Position numbers and translations under genes: made by a program
The notes under the pieces: generated by a model
What the model was told of the DNA's origin: nothing
The model's input: the letters and a program-made list of their open reading frames with translations, nothing else
The model's database searches: none
NCBI GenBank assembly: GCA_024137785.1
Contig: JAHRHZ010000063.1
Span: 15,149,076 to 15,213,075, forward strand
Length of the DNA stretch: 64,000 nucleotides
Direction: 5' to 3'
DNA from: Ginglymostoma cirratum
Taxonomy: Eukaryota
In this document: in pieces, positions 12,039 through 22,960 of the stretch
How the letters are laid out: each line of letters begins with the position of its first letter
Numbering within the stretch: the first letter of the stretch is position 1

Positions 12039-12884
12039 AACTGCCATTCTTACTTTGCTGATTAAATCAGACCAGACATGCGGACTCTGGTTGGTCCTGG
12101 TTTTACTTTGGAGAACACAGCAGAGATTGGCAGTCTCCATAACCTTTTCCTCAATGAAAAAAATTGTGGGCAAATTTTGTATGTATGTATTTGTGTGTAA
12201 ATATTCCTTTAAGCTCACAAAGATGGGTCCCATGTGTAAATGTATTTTGTTTCCAGCATGCACATTGTGATCTTGACTAATAGTCTTACACTGGTTTCCA
12301 ATGAAGGAGATGTGAACTAACAGAGGACACATATCAGTCATATAACTGAAGGGAACATACAAAGCAAACACAGGAACTGTATCCCATTAAAATTGAGCCA
12401 CCTTCAGATTATTGATTAGGTTGAACTGAATGAAGAACCTGACCACAGAGGAGAACTTTGGACCACAGACAGCCATGAAGACAGTCCAAGACATCTACCT
12501 TGTTAGTGACAAGTTTCCATTCTCTCAATTTTGATGGGAAGATGTTCAGGAAGATTACTGAAACCTCCAGGTCACCTGTATTTGTAAAGCCAAAGGCTTG
12601 GGGGCAATGGGGTAGTGAGAAATATATATTAACAAATGGATTACAAAAATAGCTATCAAAGAAAAGCTGGTGAAGGGGTAGCGGTGAGTGGGTGAGTGGG
12701 AGGGATGTTGTACAGATGCATGAAAGGATCTGGAAGGGTCAATGCTTGAGTGAGGGCAATAGGCATTTTACCCAATAGAATGGCTATACCCAATATATTG
12801 TGATAATCTCAATAGAGTTTGGTGGGGGACAAAAGTAACATCTCATAGAATTCAAAGCTGGAGATTTAAACTATAAATAGTTTT

Positions 12885-13075
12885 AGAGATGCTATATTGT
12901 TGTTTGTTCACTGTCGCTGAGTCAAAATCCTGGATGTCTCTTCTTATCAGCTCTATGGGTGTCCTTACATTCAGGGGACTATAGCACATTGAGAAGACAG
13001 CTCGCCATCACCTTTCCCAGGGCAATAAATGCTAGCCTGGCCATGACAGACCCATCCATAGACAAATTAAAAAAA
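12885..13075 (+). mobile_element. 3' tail of second CR1/L2-group LINE family (family B) or a SINE sharing it
   Basis: TTCACTGTCGCTGAGTCAAAATCCTGG...GGCAATAAATGCTAGCC, same tail as 17520-17695. Confidence 0.7.
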
Positions 13076-13447
13076 CAGCTGAGTGACTTCCTAAACGTGG
13101 TCAACATAACTCAACAAAAAGTAGGCAAGCTATTGTATAATGTGTCCCAGGTCATTGTCATCTCTTGGAACTTTTTGGATTATCTATGGAAGTCAGAGAG
13201 AAATTGTCAATGTATATTTTTTCCTGCATTTGTTTGCCTTTCATAAAAAGTTGAATAGCAGCGTGAGCAGCAAGGGGCAAGGTGCATGGGGCAAGCGGGT
13301 TCAAAGGCAGCAAGTGAAGGAATGAGAGTTGGTGATTACTTTCTGTTGTGACAGTATGGAACAAATGTAATGAGCTACATTGTCACCTTATGTTCATAGC
13401 CTGGTAAGATATGGTTCACATATCTCATACCGACCTCCTATAAGTGT

Positions 13448-13633
13448 AGTGTGGAGCTGGACGAACACAATAGACCAGGCAGCATCAGAGGAGCAGGAAA
13501 GCTAATGTTTCAGGTCAGGACCCTCCTTCAGAAAAATCTTTCCTGCTCCTCTGATGCTGCCTGGCCCGTTGTGTTCCTCCGGCTCCACACTGCGTTATCT
13601 CTGACTCCAGCATCGGCAGTTCTTACTATCTCT
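13448..13633. mobile_element. Penelope-like palindromic insertion (subfamily A)
   Basis: Inverted arms, degenerate hammerhead on minus strand, 12-bp TSD TCCTATAAGTGT at 13436-13447 and 13634-13645. Confidence 0.8.
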
Positions 13634-13724
13634 TCCTATAAGTGTCCCTTATAGGAAACAGATCCACCTGTGTTCAAAGTGATTGAAATGATGAAGGGAT
13701 CAATGAGAATAATAGTTTGGTCAT

Positions 13725-14100
13725 TTATTCATTGGCAGTCCATCACAGATGAGGATGATTCTTTCCACTCTCAGGCTCAGTCTGTTGGTGGTTGTACAGA
13801 TCAATACGGCTTTCGCAGGTTTTGCCACACTTGGGGCAATAGGTGGTCATGGGAAAGGGTGGGTGGGCTGTTGGTGTGGCAGCATGCTCCTTTCGCTGTT
13901 TTGGCCTGGCTTCCACATTTTCCTGACAGGAGACCTCGAGGTGGTTGATGCCTTCCTGGATGCTCCTTTGGACAGTCTTGGACCAGTGATTCCCAGGTGT
14001 TGGTGGGAAGATCGCATTTCACCAGTGCGACCTTGAGAATATCACTGAAGCATTTGCTTTATGCACTGGGGGAATCGCCTGCCATTTTGGAGCTGGTCAT
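13725..14100 (-). mobile_element. RTE-clade LINE 3' end
   Basis: ORF 13801-14022 begins KCDLPTNTWESLVQDCPK, like the RTE C-terminal WExLAxDRxxWR region; related copy at 61225-61640. Confidence 0.7.
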
Positions 14101-14149
14101 ATGTTGAGAAGACATTGATGAACATTTGTCTCAAATTACTTCTAGAATT

Positions 14150-14817
14150 CGAGATAACAAGGTGTAGAGCTGGATGAACACAGCAGGCCAAGCAGCATTA
14201 TAGGAGCAGGAAAGCTGACATTTTGGGCCTAGACCCTTTTTCAGAAACGGGGGAGGGGAAGGGGGCTCTGAAATAAATAGGGAGACGGTGGAGGCGGATA
14301 GAAGATGGATAGAGGTGAAGATAGGTGGAGAGGAGACAGACCGGTCAAAGAAGCGGGGATGGAGCCAGTAAAGGTGAGTGTAGGTGGGGAGGAAGGGAGG
14401 AGATAGGTCAGCCCAGGAGGATGGACAGGTCAAGGGGGCAGGATGAGGTTAGTAGGTAGGATCTGGGGGTGGAGCTTGAGGTGGGAGGAGGGGATAGGTG
14501 GGAGGAAGAACAGGTTAGGGAGGCGGGACGAGCCGGGCTGGTTTTGGGATGCTGTAGGGGGAGGGGAGATTTTGAAGCTTGTGAAGTCCACATTGATACC
14601 TATCTCCACCTGTCTTCTCCTCTATCCATCTTCTATCCACCTCCCCCTCTCTCCCTATTTATTTCAGAACCCCCTTCCCCTCCCCCATTTCTGAAGAAGG
14701 GTCTAGGCCCGAAACGTCAGCCTTCCTGCTCCTCTGATGCTGCTTGGCCTACTGCGTTCATCCGGCTCCACACCTTGTTATCTCGGATTCTCCAGCATCT
14801 GCAGTTCCCACTATCTC
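14150..14817. mobile_element. Penelope-like element 3' end with inverted pseudo-LTR (subfamily A)
   Basis: 13-bp TSD TACTTCTAGAATT at 14137-14149 and 14818-14830; about 190-bp inverted arms; minus strand near 14570-14600 encodes GINVDFTSFKIS, like the end of a Penelope GIY-YIG domain. Confidence 0.88.
14691..14718 (+). ncRNA. Minimal hammerhead ribozyme core motif
   Basis: CTGAAGA-A-GGGTCTAGGCCC-GAAAC-GTC. Confidence 0.65.
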
Positions 14818-15510
14818 TACTTCTAGAATTAATTGGAATATGATGGAAAGCTTTATTCCATCTGGTATTAGCAGTGGACTTTTTGCATCTTCGCCACGCA
14901 CTGTCTATCTGAAAGGCTATCACAAAGAAAGGTTTCTGGTAATCTCATTAACAATATTCACAATGTTGTTAGCCAGCTATTTTGCTGAATCTGTAATCCC
15001 ACTACTCAGTAGCATTATTAAAGGCTGCAATTAATTTATATCTTTCACTAAGTGAGTAATCAAGATCGCTTCTTGTTTGCCACAGTTAGAAGCAGTCAAT
15101 TGTTTCATGTTGCTGGGAGTCCCAATGTAAGTATTTTTGTAAAATTGATTTCACTCAGTTTGGCTGAGTAGGTTTAAACATTGGGAAGTTTTGCTGAGCC
15201 TTTATTACTGGAATAAAAATGATGGAAATTTGAGCATACAAGGCTAAATGAGTCATAATGAACTGGGTTATTTCAGTTCCTGATTTCTCAAGGGTTTAAA
15301 AACCTAACATGGGGTACCTAACACCGTACGCTATCTGGTTGTTATTATTTTGGGAATTACTTCAGCTTCAACCTCCTTGTTAGTGTTGGCCTTTAGAGAG
15401 AAGTGGCTGCCAAGGTTTGGAATATGCTCAACATATTCCAGAATCTCTTCTTCAAAATATATGAGAAGTGGAATATGTGGCTGACCAGCTCTGTATTCAG
15501 ACAAGTTGAT

Positions 15511-16230
15511 GTGATTTGAATTGATTTTGATTTGATTTGTCATGTGTACTCAAGTATAAAACTATAGGAGTACAGTAAAAAGTGTATAATGTCACCACAC
15601 ACAGCGCCATCTTGGGTACAAGTAGCTCAGTACTCGTACTTAAGTACAAGATGGAAAGAAGAACAAAGTTAAAAGCTAAACATTGCAGTAATTGCAATAT
15701 TGCAAAAAACATACCAAGTAAGGCTAAAAGTTGCAAACATTTCTAGTTTGAAGTAGAAAATATAGGAATAAAATTAAAAGTTCAAATGTTACAGTCCTAG
15801 CCACAGTTGGACCACACATCTTGGAATCACCCCAAGACTGGCAGTCTACACTGACACCATGCTGGGCCGCGATATCACCACCTCCGGCTGAGAGTCCGCC
15901 ATGCCTAGCTAAGAACCAACCGTGCCAGGCCGAGATTCTGCCATGCCGGACTGAGAGCCAACCACACCAGGCTGAGAGTCTGCCATGCTGCGCTGAGAGG
16001 TTGCTGCATCAAGATGGTAGGCTTACCTCACCGGGTCTGCACTGAGTCCAAGGCCAGAAGTCCAAGGAGTTGGAAGCCAGAGTCTGTGGGCTGGAGTCTG
16101 TGGCCAAGAGGAGAAAGAGAGAAGGAAAAGAAATGCAGAAGAGAAGAAAAAAGAGAGAGAAAAGGAAAAGAAAATGGATAGAACGGACAAGCTCTGCCTG
16201 TAGCTTCCTACTCTGTCGCCATCTTGATCA
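15511..16230 (-). mobile_element. Non-autonomous element with Rex1-like 3' tail
   Basis: Minus strand ends ...ACTGTACTC...GTACACATGACAAATCAAATCAAAATCAA, similar to the Rex1 end at 53720-53765; starts with AAGATGGCG; no RT coding. Confidence 0.6.
15857..16003. repeat. 21-bp minisatellite, 7 degenerate units
   Basis: Units start at 15857, 15878, 15899, 15920, 15941, 15962 and 15983; consensus about CCATGCCAGGCTGAGAGTCTG. Confidence 0.85.
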
Positions 16231-16599
16231 CTTCTTTGGCAACAATCAAAGACAGATTCATCTGTGCAGAAATGAGAAGGTTAAGACCGAGACATTCAAC
16301 CACAACCTGCAGATCATGTATACCAATGGTGATCAGTTCAGAGTCAACATATCAGCAACTAACATAAGCTCCAGTTCTAAAGCTGATGAGAATGGCTCCC
16401 ACATCTATATTACTTCTGTTGTCTTACTACAGTGGGAAAGAATGATGTCCTGAACTTACTCAATACATTACCTCTGCATCATGATTGGGAATCTGTTTTC
16501 AGGAGGTTTCTGCCCAAAAGAGACTAAGCTGATCATAAGCCCGCTTGAAGAGACCATATGTCCTGCAAATCTACATTCAACTGAATGAGGCAAAAAGGA

Positions 16600-17697
16600 C
16601 CCTTGGCAAAACTCAAATCAATGGGAATCAGGGAGAAAATTCTCTGCTAGTTGAAGTCCTATCCAGACAGGAAACAGGTTGTGGATGTAGGAGGTCAAAC
16701 ATTTTTGCTCCAGGACATATCTGAAAGTTTTCCTCCGGAAGGGGTCCTGGGCCTCACCATCTTCATTTGCTTCAGCAATTACATTTCCTTCATCATGAGG
16801 TCAGAAGTGGGGACATTCGCAGATGGTTACACAATGTTCAATGCATTTTCACAACTCCTCAGATACTGAAACAGTTCATATTTGAATGCAACAAGACCTG
16901 AAATTTTTTCAGGCTTGGTCTGACAAGCAGTAAGCAATATTCACACCACACAAATGTCAGGCAATGCCCATTTCCAGGAAGAGATAATCTAACCACCATT
17001 CCTTGGCTTTCAATGTTATTGCCATCACTGAATACCCTCACCCCAACTACCAACATCCTGGGCATTACCATTGACCAGAAAATGAACAGGACTTGCCACA
17101 TAAATTCAATAACTACAAGAGCAAGTCAAGGTTTAGGAATCCTGCAGCAAGTAACTTCCCCCTGACTTCCCAAAGTCTTCCCGTTGTCTCCAAGTCACAA
17201 GTCAGGAGTCTGATGTATGGAATACTTCCTTGAATGAGTATAGCTCCAACAACACTCTGGAAGCTTGACATCATTCAGGAGAAGAAGCCCACTTGATTGG
17301 CACTGCATTCACAAACATCTACCCCCTCCACCACCGATGCTCAGTAGAAGTACAGTGTACCATTTACAAGATACACTGCAGAAATTCACTAAGTCTCCTT
17401 AGAGAGTATGTTCCAAACTACTCCATGTAGAAGGATAAAGGCAGCAGATGCATCAGAAAACTACCACATGCAGGTTCCTGTCCAAGTCACTCACCATTCT
17501 GACTTGGAAAGATATTCCTTTTCTGTCACTGAGTCAAAATCCTGGAACGTCCTCCATTGGCATTGAGTGTCTACCTACAACATATGAACTGCTGTGATTG
17601 AAGAAGCCACCTCATACCACCCTCTCAAGGGGAAACTAGGGATGGATAATAAATATTGGCTCAACCAATGAAGCCTACATCCTATGAATGAAGAAAA
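16600..17697 (+). mobile_element. CR1/L2-group LINE family B, RT C-terminal half and 3' UTR
   Basis: ORF 16651-16869 GVLGLTIFICF...RSEVGTFADGYTMF (RT FADD region); ILGITIDQK; tail ATGAATGAA. Confidence 0.85.
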
Positions 17698-18060
17698 TAA
17701 TGTCGAGATCACATGAGTGAACAGGCAGCAATTACCCTTCCTTGAGTTTCTGACAATGGCTTCTGGGTAGCTGTTCAATGCTGTCTATCATATTTTTAAG
17801 CATTACAATGTTTGCTCAAATTCAGAATGATGTGAATTGGACATGGCTTTCTTAAATTCCACAAATGACGGAACATTTCTTTATTAAGTAAAATTTACTG
17901 TTTATAATGTATAGCGAACCAACAAGCCGTGTGAAGTCAAAAAGACTTTCACCAATCAAGCATGCGAACTAAAGAATAGCAGATGGATTTTAATGAAGAT
18001 AAACATAAGGTCATGACTGTTGTTACAGGAAACCACAAACATATGTCCATTGTATTCAGA

Positions 18061-18165
18061 GATAAAAGGTACTGCAGATGCTGGAGAATCCGAGATAACA
18101 AGCATGGGGCTGGATGAACACAGCAGGTCAAGCAGCTTTTCCTGCTCCTATGATGCTGCTTGACC
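18061..18165. mobile_element. Short Penelope-like insertion (subfamily A)
   Basis: Perfect 15-bp TSD TCCATTGTATTCAGA at 18046-18060 and 18166-18180; pseudo-LTR terminus plus short inverted piece. Confidence 0.8.
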
Positions 18166-19404
18166 TCCATTGTATTCAGATAGCTTTTAGCAAAGGGGGC
18201 AAAAGGAAAAAAGAAATATCTGGCTCTAACTATTGATCACTCATGAATATTTTGAGTCAATGTGAAGCTATTCATTGAACAAAACATGCTCAATATTAGA
18301 GATCCAACCTGTTCATTGTTTACTGTTAAATAAAAATTTGCAGTTCAAGAATCATTCCTGCAAATCTCATTGCATTGTTTGTAGTTGTTTCTATATTCTT
18401 TCTATGATTGTGAGCAGAACTGTACATATAACATGTGTGAACTAATCAAGATTCAAAACAAGTTTAACATCACTGTTTTGCTTTTCACATCTATCCCTTT
18501 AGCAATAAACACAAGTTCTTGGCTTGTTGTTTCATAATACCCAGATTAATCTAACTTTATCACTACTTTTATTGCTTTGTGTTTTTTTGTCCTTTTGCTC
18601 CTCTAATTGCCAAATAATATGAGACTGCCTTATTTCTCTTACCAAAATGTAAAACTTCACGCATGTTGAAATTATTTTGCCAATTATATGCTCACTCTTC
18701 TACTTTGTTATTATTTCTTGTTTATGGCTACTTCTGGTTAGCTACATTATGTGAGTTACAATCTTCCACAAATGTTCTTTTACCTTCAATCTGTTTACAA
18801 TACTTCTTGCCACAGATGTTTGGTGCTACCTTTCTGTTCTTATGTCTTTTACTTTATGTTTTGCTTGATTAATTTCATGGATCAATGGAACTTTCGCTTA
18901 GTAGATTAAATTGGCACTGTAGAATCTATGATATGGTGGATTGGATATGAATGCCAGAAGAAAGTGACTTAAGACGTAAGAATAAGACTGCAAATTGAGT
19001 GCCAAGTGATTCATTTGATGCTCTGTTTGATGTGTTCTCATCAGAAAACTTGATTTGCTTACGAAACTCTCAATGATGGAAAATATGTGAATTCCTTATG
19101 TTGCTATTCATTAAAAAAAGGTAATGACAGCTTCTACTCCTGGTTTGTGTCAGCATTACATGCTATTTTCTGTATTTTACCAACATTTATGTGGGTAGCA
19201 TTAGTCAAACCTGGATCTTAGTCCTCGTAATGAACACTTTCAAATATACTCTTCTGAGGAGGCATCTTGTGTATTTCAAGTGATAACTCAATTTCCTTTG
19301 GTAGCTTATTCCTTTCTGGAATTGTCCTTTGGAAGGAAAGTTTTTGACACACTCGATGGAAGCAGATGGTCTTTGTACATTGTATACATAGCTACCTCAT
19401 GGTT

Positions 19405-19560
19405 TGTAATTACCAGAGTTTCAGAAACAATTCAACATTAGTAAGACCATAATATGAGCTGTTGTGGTGGGTTTATTGGCTATTTTCGAAACTTAGAGTA
19501 ATGAAGCAGAGGTCACATGAAGATGGCAAGCTAGACCATACAATATACAAATGTATTACA
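19405..19560 (-). mobile_element. Putative 3' LTR of Gypsy remnant
   Basis: Termini TGTAAT...ATTACA, internal AATAAA on minus strand, purine run AAGAGAGA (plus 19568-19575) just upstream, downstream of the pol terminus. Confidence 0.55.
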
Positions 19561-19714
19561 TTAAACATCTCTCTTAACATTAACAAAGTATGTATTTTCA
19601 ATTGCATTTAAATGTTACTTAATTTACCAAATATACATTTTCAATGATTAATTATCATTTATGATCATAAAAGTTTGTCAATTCCAGCATGTCTTGCTGT
19701 TGTCAGTCTCTGCA

Positions 19715-20350
19715 TTGCACATGTAATATTTAAATCTTGTAGGTCTTCCAATGGTGCATATTGTTCTTGTGTATTATATTGCTTTCAGCTCTAATGTTCC
19801 TTATCCAGGCAAGTGGTTTCTATAACGAGTACCGTTGCAGTGATAACTTGTTGTTGATCAATTTCCATTACTGGGGACCAGTGGACCTCTGGGATCGCTC
19901 AATGTTTTATACTCTGTAGATTTGGTAACATCATATCTTCCTCAACAGTTGACTTTTCCAGTTGTACATTGATGTCTACGGCTGTTATGAAATAGCTGAT
20001 AATTCACAATCACCATATAAGATGGAGAGACAACTGTCTTACACAAGCCCCAAGTTACTATGAGTTTAACTTTTCCTTTAAGATATGCAGCTATGCATAT
20101 GCGCTGCTGCTTCGATGTCCCACACACTGCAATTGGTGTCACTATACCGGTTGCGGCATTCGCTTCCAGTTCCGGAAATCGCTATTAAACAAAGTTTCAG
20201 AGGCTCTCGCAGCTGGTAAGAAAATTAGAGGGAATGCGGCATACAATCTGAAACAGTTGAGAGTGTTGAATGCTTGCACTATGACAGGCTCGCCAATGCT
20301 CAGTTCTGGCAATGATTTGGCAGTTTCGTCAAAATGAAATTTGGCCAAGT
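19715..20350 (-). mobile_element. Gypsy LTR-retrotransposon integrase C-terminal remnant (interrupted at 20075-20255)
   Basis: AKFHFDETAKSLPELSIGEPVIVQ, LGACVRQLS, SYMVIVNYQLFHNSRRH, and terminal TRTICTIGRPTRFKYY (TRSGR..P.RF.DY-like). Confidence 0.75.
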
Positions 20351-20976
20351 TTCAGGGAAAGATAGACAGAAAGCCTGCCTCAGGACTCTGGCACAAACCA
20401 TGAAATAAAAGAATAAAATTGAAAATATTCCTCCAGCCTTCACTCATATATCTCCCCCAATCTGTTTAATCTAATGCCTCATACATGCTAACCCAAAGCC
20501 ACCTAAAGCCCTCTATCTATTCTCCATGGTCTCTACACTCTATACCACCCTATGCCATGCTAACCACATCCTATGGCCTCTTATGCTCCCAATGCCAACT
20601 TAGTGCTGCTTCCACTTGCCACACTCCCTCTTTCACTTCCTGTGCCATTTCACCAAGTATCCGCGGGTATCCAAATGAAAAAAAAAGTTCTATTACTTAA
20701 ACTTTGACATTGCAGATTGCACTTTCTTGATATTACACTTTCTTGATGTAAGCACTTTCATTCATAAAAATGATATTTTGACCAGTCTTTACAGCTTTGA
20801 CTCTTCTTGGAAAGTTTGGCATTTCTGACTGCGACATGACATTTCTTGACAAGCTTATCACTTCCTGACAGGTCTTGACAGTTCTTGGTGAGTTTAACAG
20901 TCCTTAATAGATCTTAGCATTTCTTCATATGGCTGTACAAGTTTTAAACTTCACAACAGGCCTTAACGTTTATTAA

Positions 20977-21500
20977 GAGACAGTAGTAACTGCCGATGCT
21001 GGAGTCTGAGATAACAAGGTGTAGAGCTGGATGAACACAGCAGGCCAGGCAGCATCNNNNNNNNNNNNNNNNNNNNNNNNNNNNNNNNNNNNNNNNNNNN
21101 NNNNNNNNNNNNNNNNNNNNNNNNNNNNNNNNNNNNNNNNNNNNNNNNNNNNNNNNNNNNNNNNNNNNNNNNNNNNNNNNNNNNNNNNNNNNNNNNNNNN
21201 NNNNNNNNNNNNNNNNNNNNNNNNNNNNNNNNNNNNNNNNNNNNNNNNNNNNNNNNNNNNNNNNNNNNNNNNNNNNNNNNNNNNNNNNNNNNNNNNNNNN
21301 NNNNNNNNNNNNNNNNNNNNNNNNNNNNNNNNNNNNNNNNNNNNNNNNNNNNNNNNNNNNNNNNNNNNNNNNNNNNNNNNNNNNNNNNNNNNNNNNNNNN
21401 NNNNNNNNNNNNNNNNNNNNNNNNNNNNNNNNNNNNNNNNNNNNNNNNNNNNNNNNGATGCTGCCTGGCCTGCTGTGTTCATCCAGCTCTACATCTTGTT
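20977..21500. mobile_element. Penelope-like palindromic insertion (subfamily A) spanning the assembly gap
   Basis: Both gap flanks are reverse complements (...GGATGAACACAGCAGGCCAGGCAGCATC / GATGCTGCCTGGCCTGCTGTGTTCATCC...). Confidence 0.8.
21057..21456. other. Assembly gap (400 N)
   Basis: Run of N bases. Confidence 1.
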
Positions 21501-22297
21501 AACATTAATTAATACGTCTTGATTGGTCTTGACAACTTTGACTCTAAAGAGGAAATGCTGGTTTTGGTGGCAGAACCTCTGACATTTTCTGTCATTTTCA
21601 CCTGACCAGTTCACCCCTCCATTGCGGCAAATATCTGGGATCATGTTCAATGTCTTTAAACCAGAGTAACTGCATCATGGGTCAAATGATAACAGCAGGT
21701 CAGAGGGTACAATGCACAAGTAGATTTCTCCAAATATTAACCATACTCTCAGATAGTCAGTTCTAGCTTTGTCATTCAACATTGATCCAACTGGAATTAA
21801 TGTGTTAAAGTTTGCATGAGTCTTTATTTATTTATGTGTTTCAATTTGATGTTTTCATTGGAACTAAGATTCAGTCAAACCCAAGGTCATAGCTGTAAAC
21901 GACAATAACTGGAGTCCCTGAAGTTAGGTACATAGCATTGTATCTGTCTTTGCTAAGACATTAATTAAAACATTGTCCTGGTTGCTGTCCAAGGTATAGG
22001 GTAAATCTGAACCAATACAAAGTAAATGTTTTATAGCACAACTGTAGAGATGGGGAGGAAGAAGAAGCCGGTTTTTATCTTCAGCAGCATCTTGCAGCAG
22101 AGTGTCAAGAACTGATCTGATATACTAGTCCATGTTAAAAGGATAAATGTTTCATGCCCATATTTTATTCTTATCAAAGTTCCACATTGGGTGGTATGTT
22201 TATTGTGCCTTGTCAACCAGAGTCAGATGTGAAACAAGAACAAAGGATAGATATAAATGACCAATAATCCACTATCCAGAGAGGGAGATTTCAGATA

Positions 22298-22572
22298 GGT
22301 GGCATGGTGGCTCAACAATTCACATTTTGCCTCACAGCACCAGGGACCTGGGTTTGATTCCAGCCTTGGGTGACTGTATTGAGTTTTCACATTGCCACTA
22401 TGTCTGTATGGGTTTCCACCAGGTACTCTGGTTTCCTTCCACATTTCAGTTTAGGTGGATTAGTCATGGTAAATGTGGGATTACAGAGATAGGGTGGGAT
22501 GCTCTTCAAAGGGTTGGTGCAAACTTAACAGGCTGAATGGCCTCTTTCTGCATTGTAGGGATTCTATGATTG
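22298..22572 (+). mobile_element. tRNA-derived HE1/V-SINE-like SINE
   Basis: A-box-like GGTGGCTCA, B-box-like GGTTTGATTCC, central GGGTTTCCACCAGGTACTCTGGTTTCC, CR1-like tail GGATTCTATGATT. Confidence 0.8.
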
Positions 22573-22960
22573 AATGAATTGCACTAATATCTAACATAAA
22601 GGAATGTTAGATTCGTAAGTTTGTTCTTTTTCTACCCAAGATTCCCTGATATTGATCAACTATTGTACATCATATGGATAGCTACCCTATAAACCACACA
22701 GATAATGTATCAATGAGCTAGTGATAAAAGTATCATATGAGCATGTGTAATATTTTAGTTGAGGGTAATACTGTACAATTCCGGAGAGTGAACGGGGATG
22801 GGGTGGAGGGCAACTTTCACTTACGGATGACCCACCAGAAAAACACATTAGTCAACTGGCTATACTGGCAGTGAGGAAGCAATGGTAAATTGAGGGCCCT
22901 GAACCCATTAGAATTGGAGCTGTGAACTGCTGCTACTAAATGGATGTCCTGGTACATCTG

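Larger units (their letters stand above)
20360..21640. repeat. Unclassified dispersed repeat (C-rich arm and TTGACA-rich arm)
   Basis: Reverse-complement similarity to 50060-50710, including AATAGAACTT, TCTGCAAT and TATGAATGA landmarks in the same order. Confidence 0.55.

Noticed and set aside
15821-16045. ORF with 7-aa periodicity, or a CRISPR-like array
   Set aside because: Contiguous degenerate 21-bp tandem units with no unique spacers, inside a repeat in eukaryotic DNA.
20973-21522. Two long ORFs (169 and 163 aa) in the ORF track
   Set aside because: They are poly-X translations of the 400-N gap.
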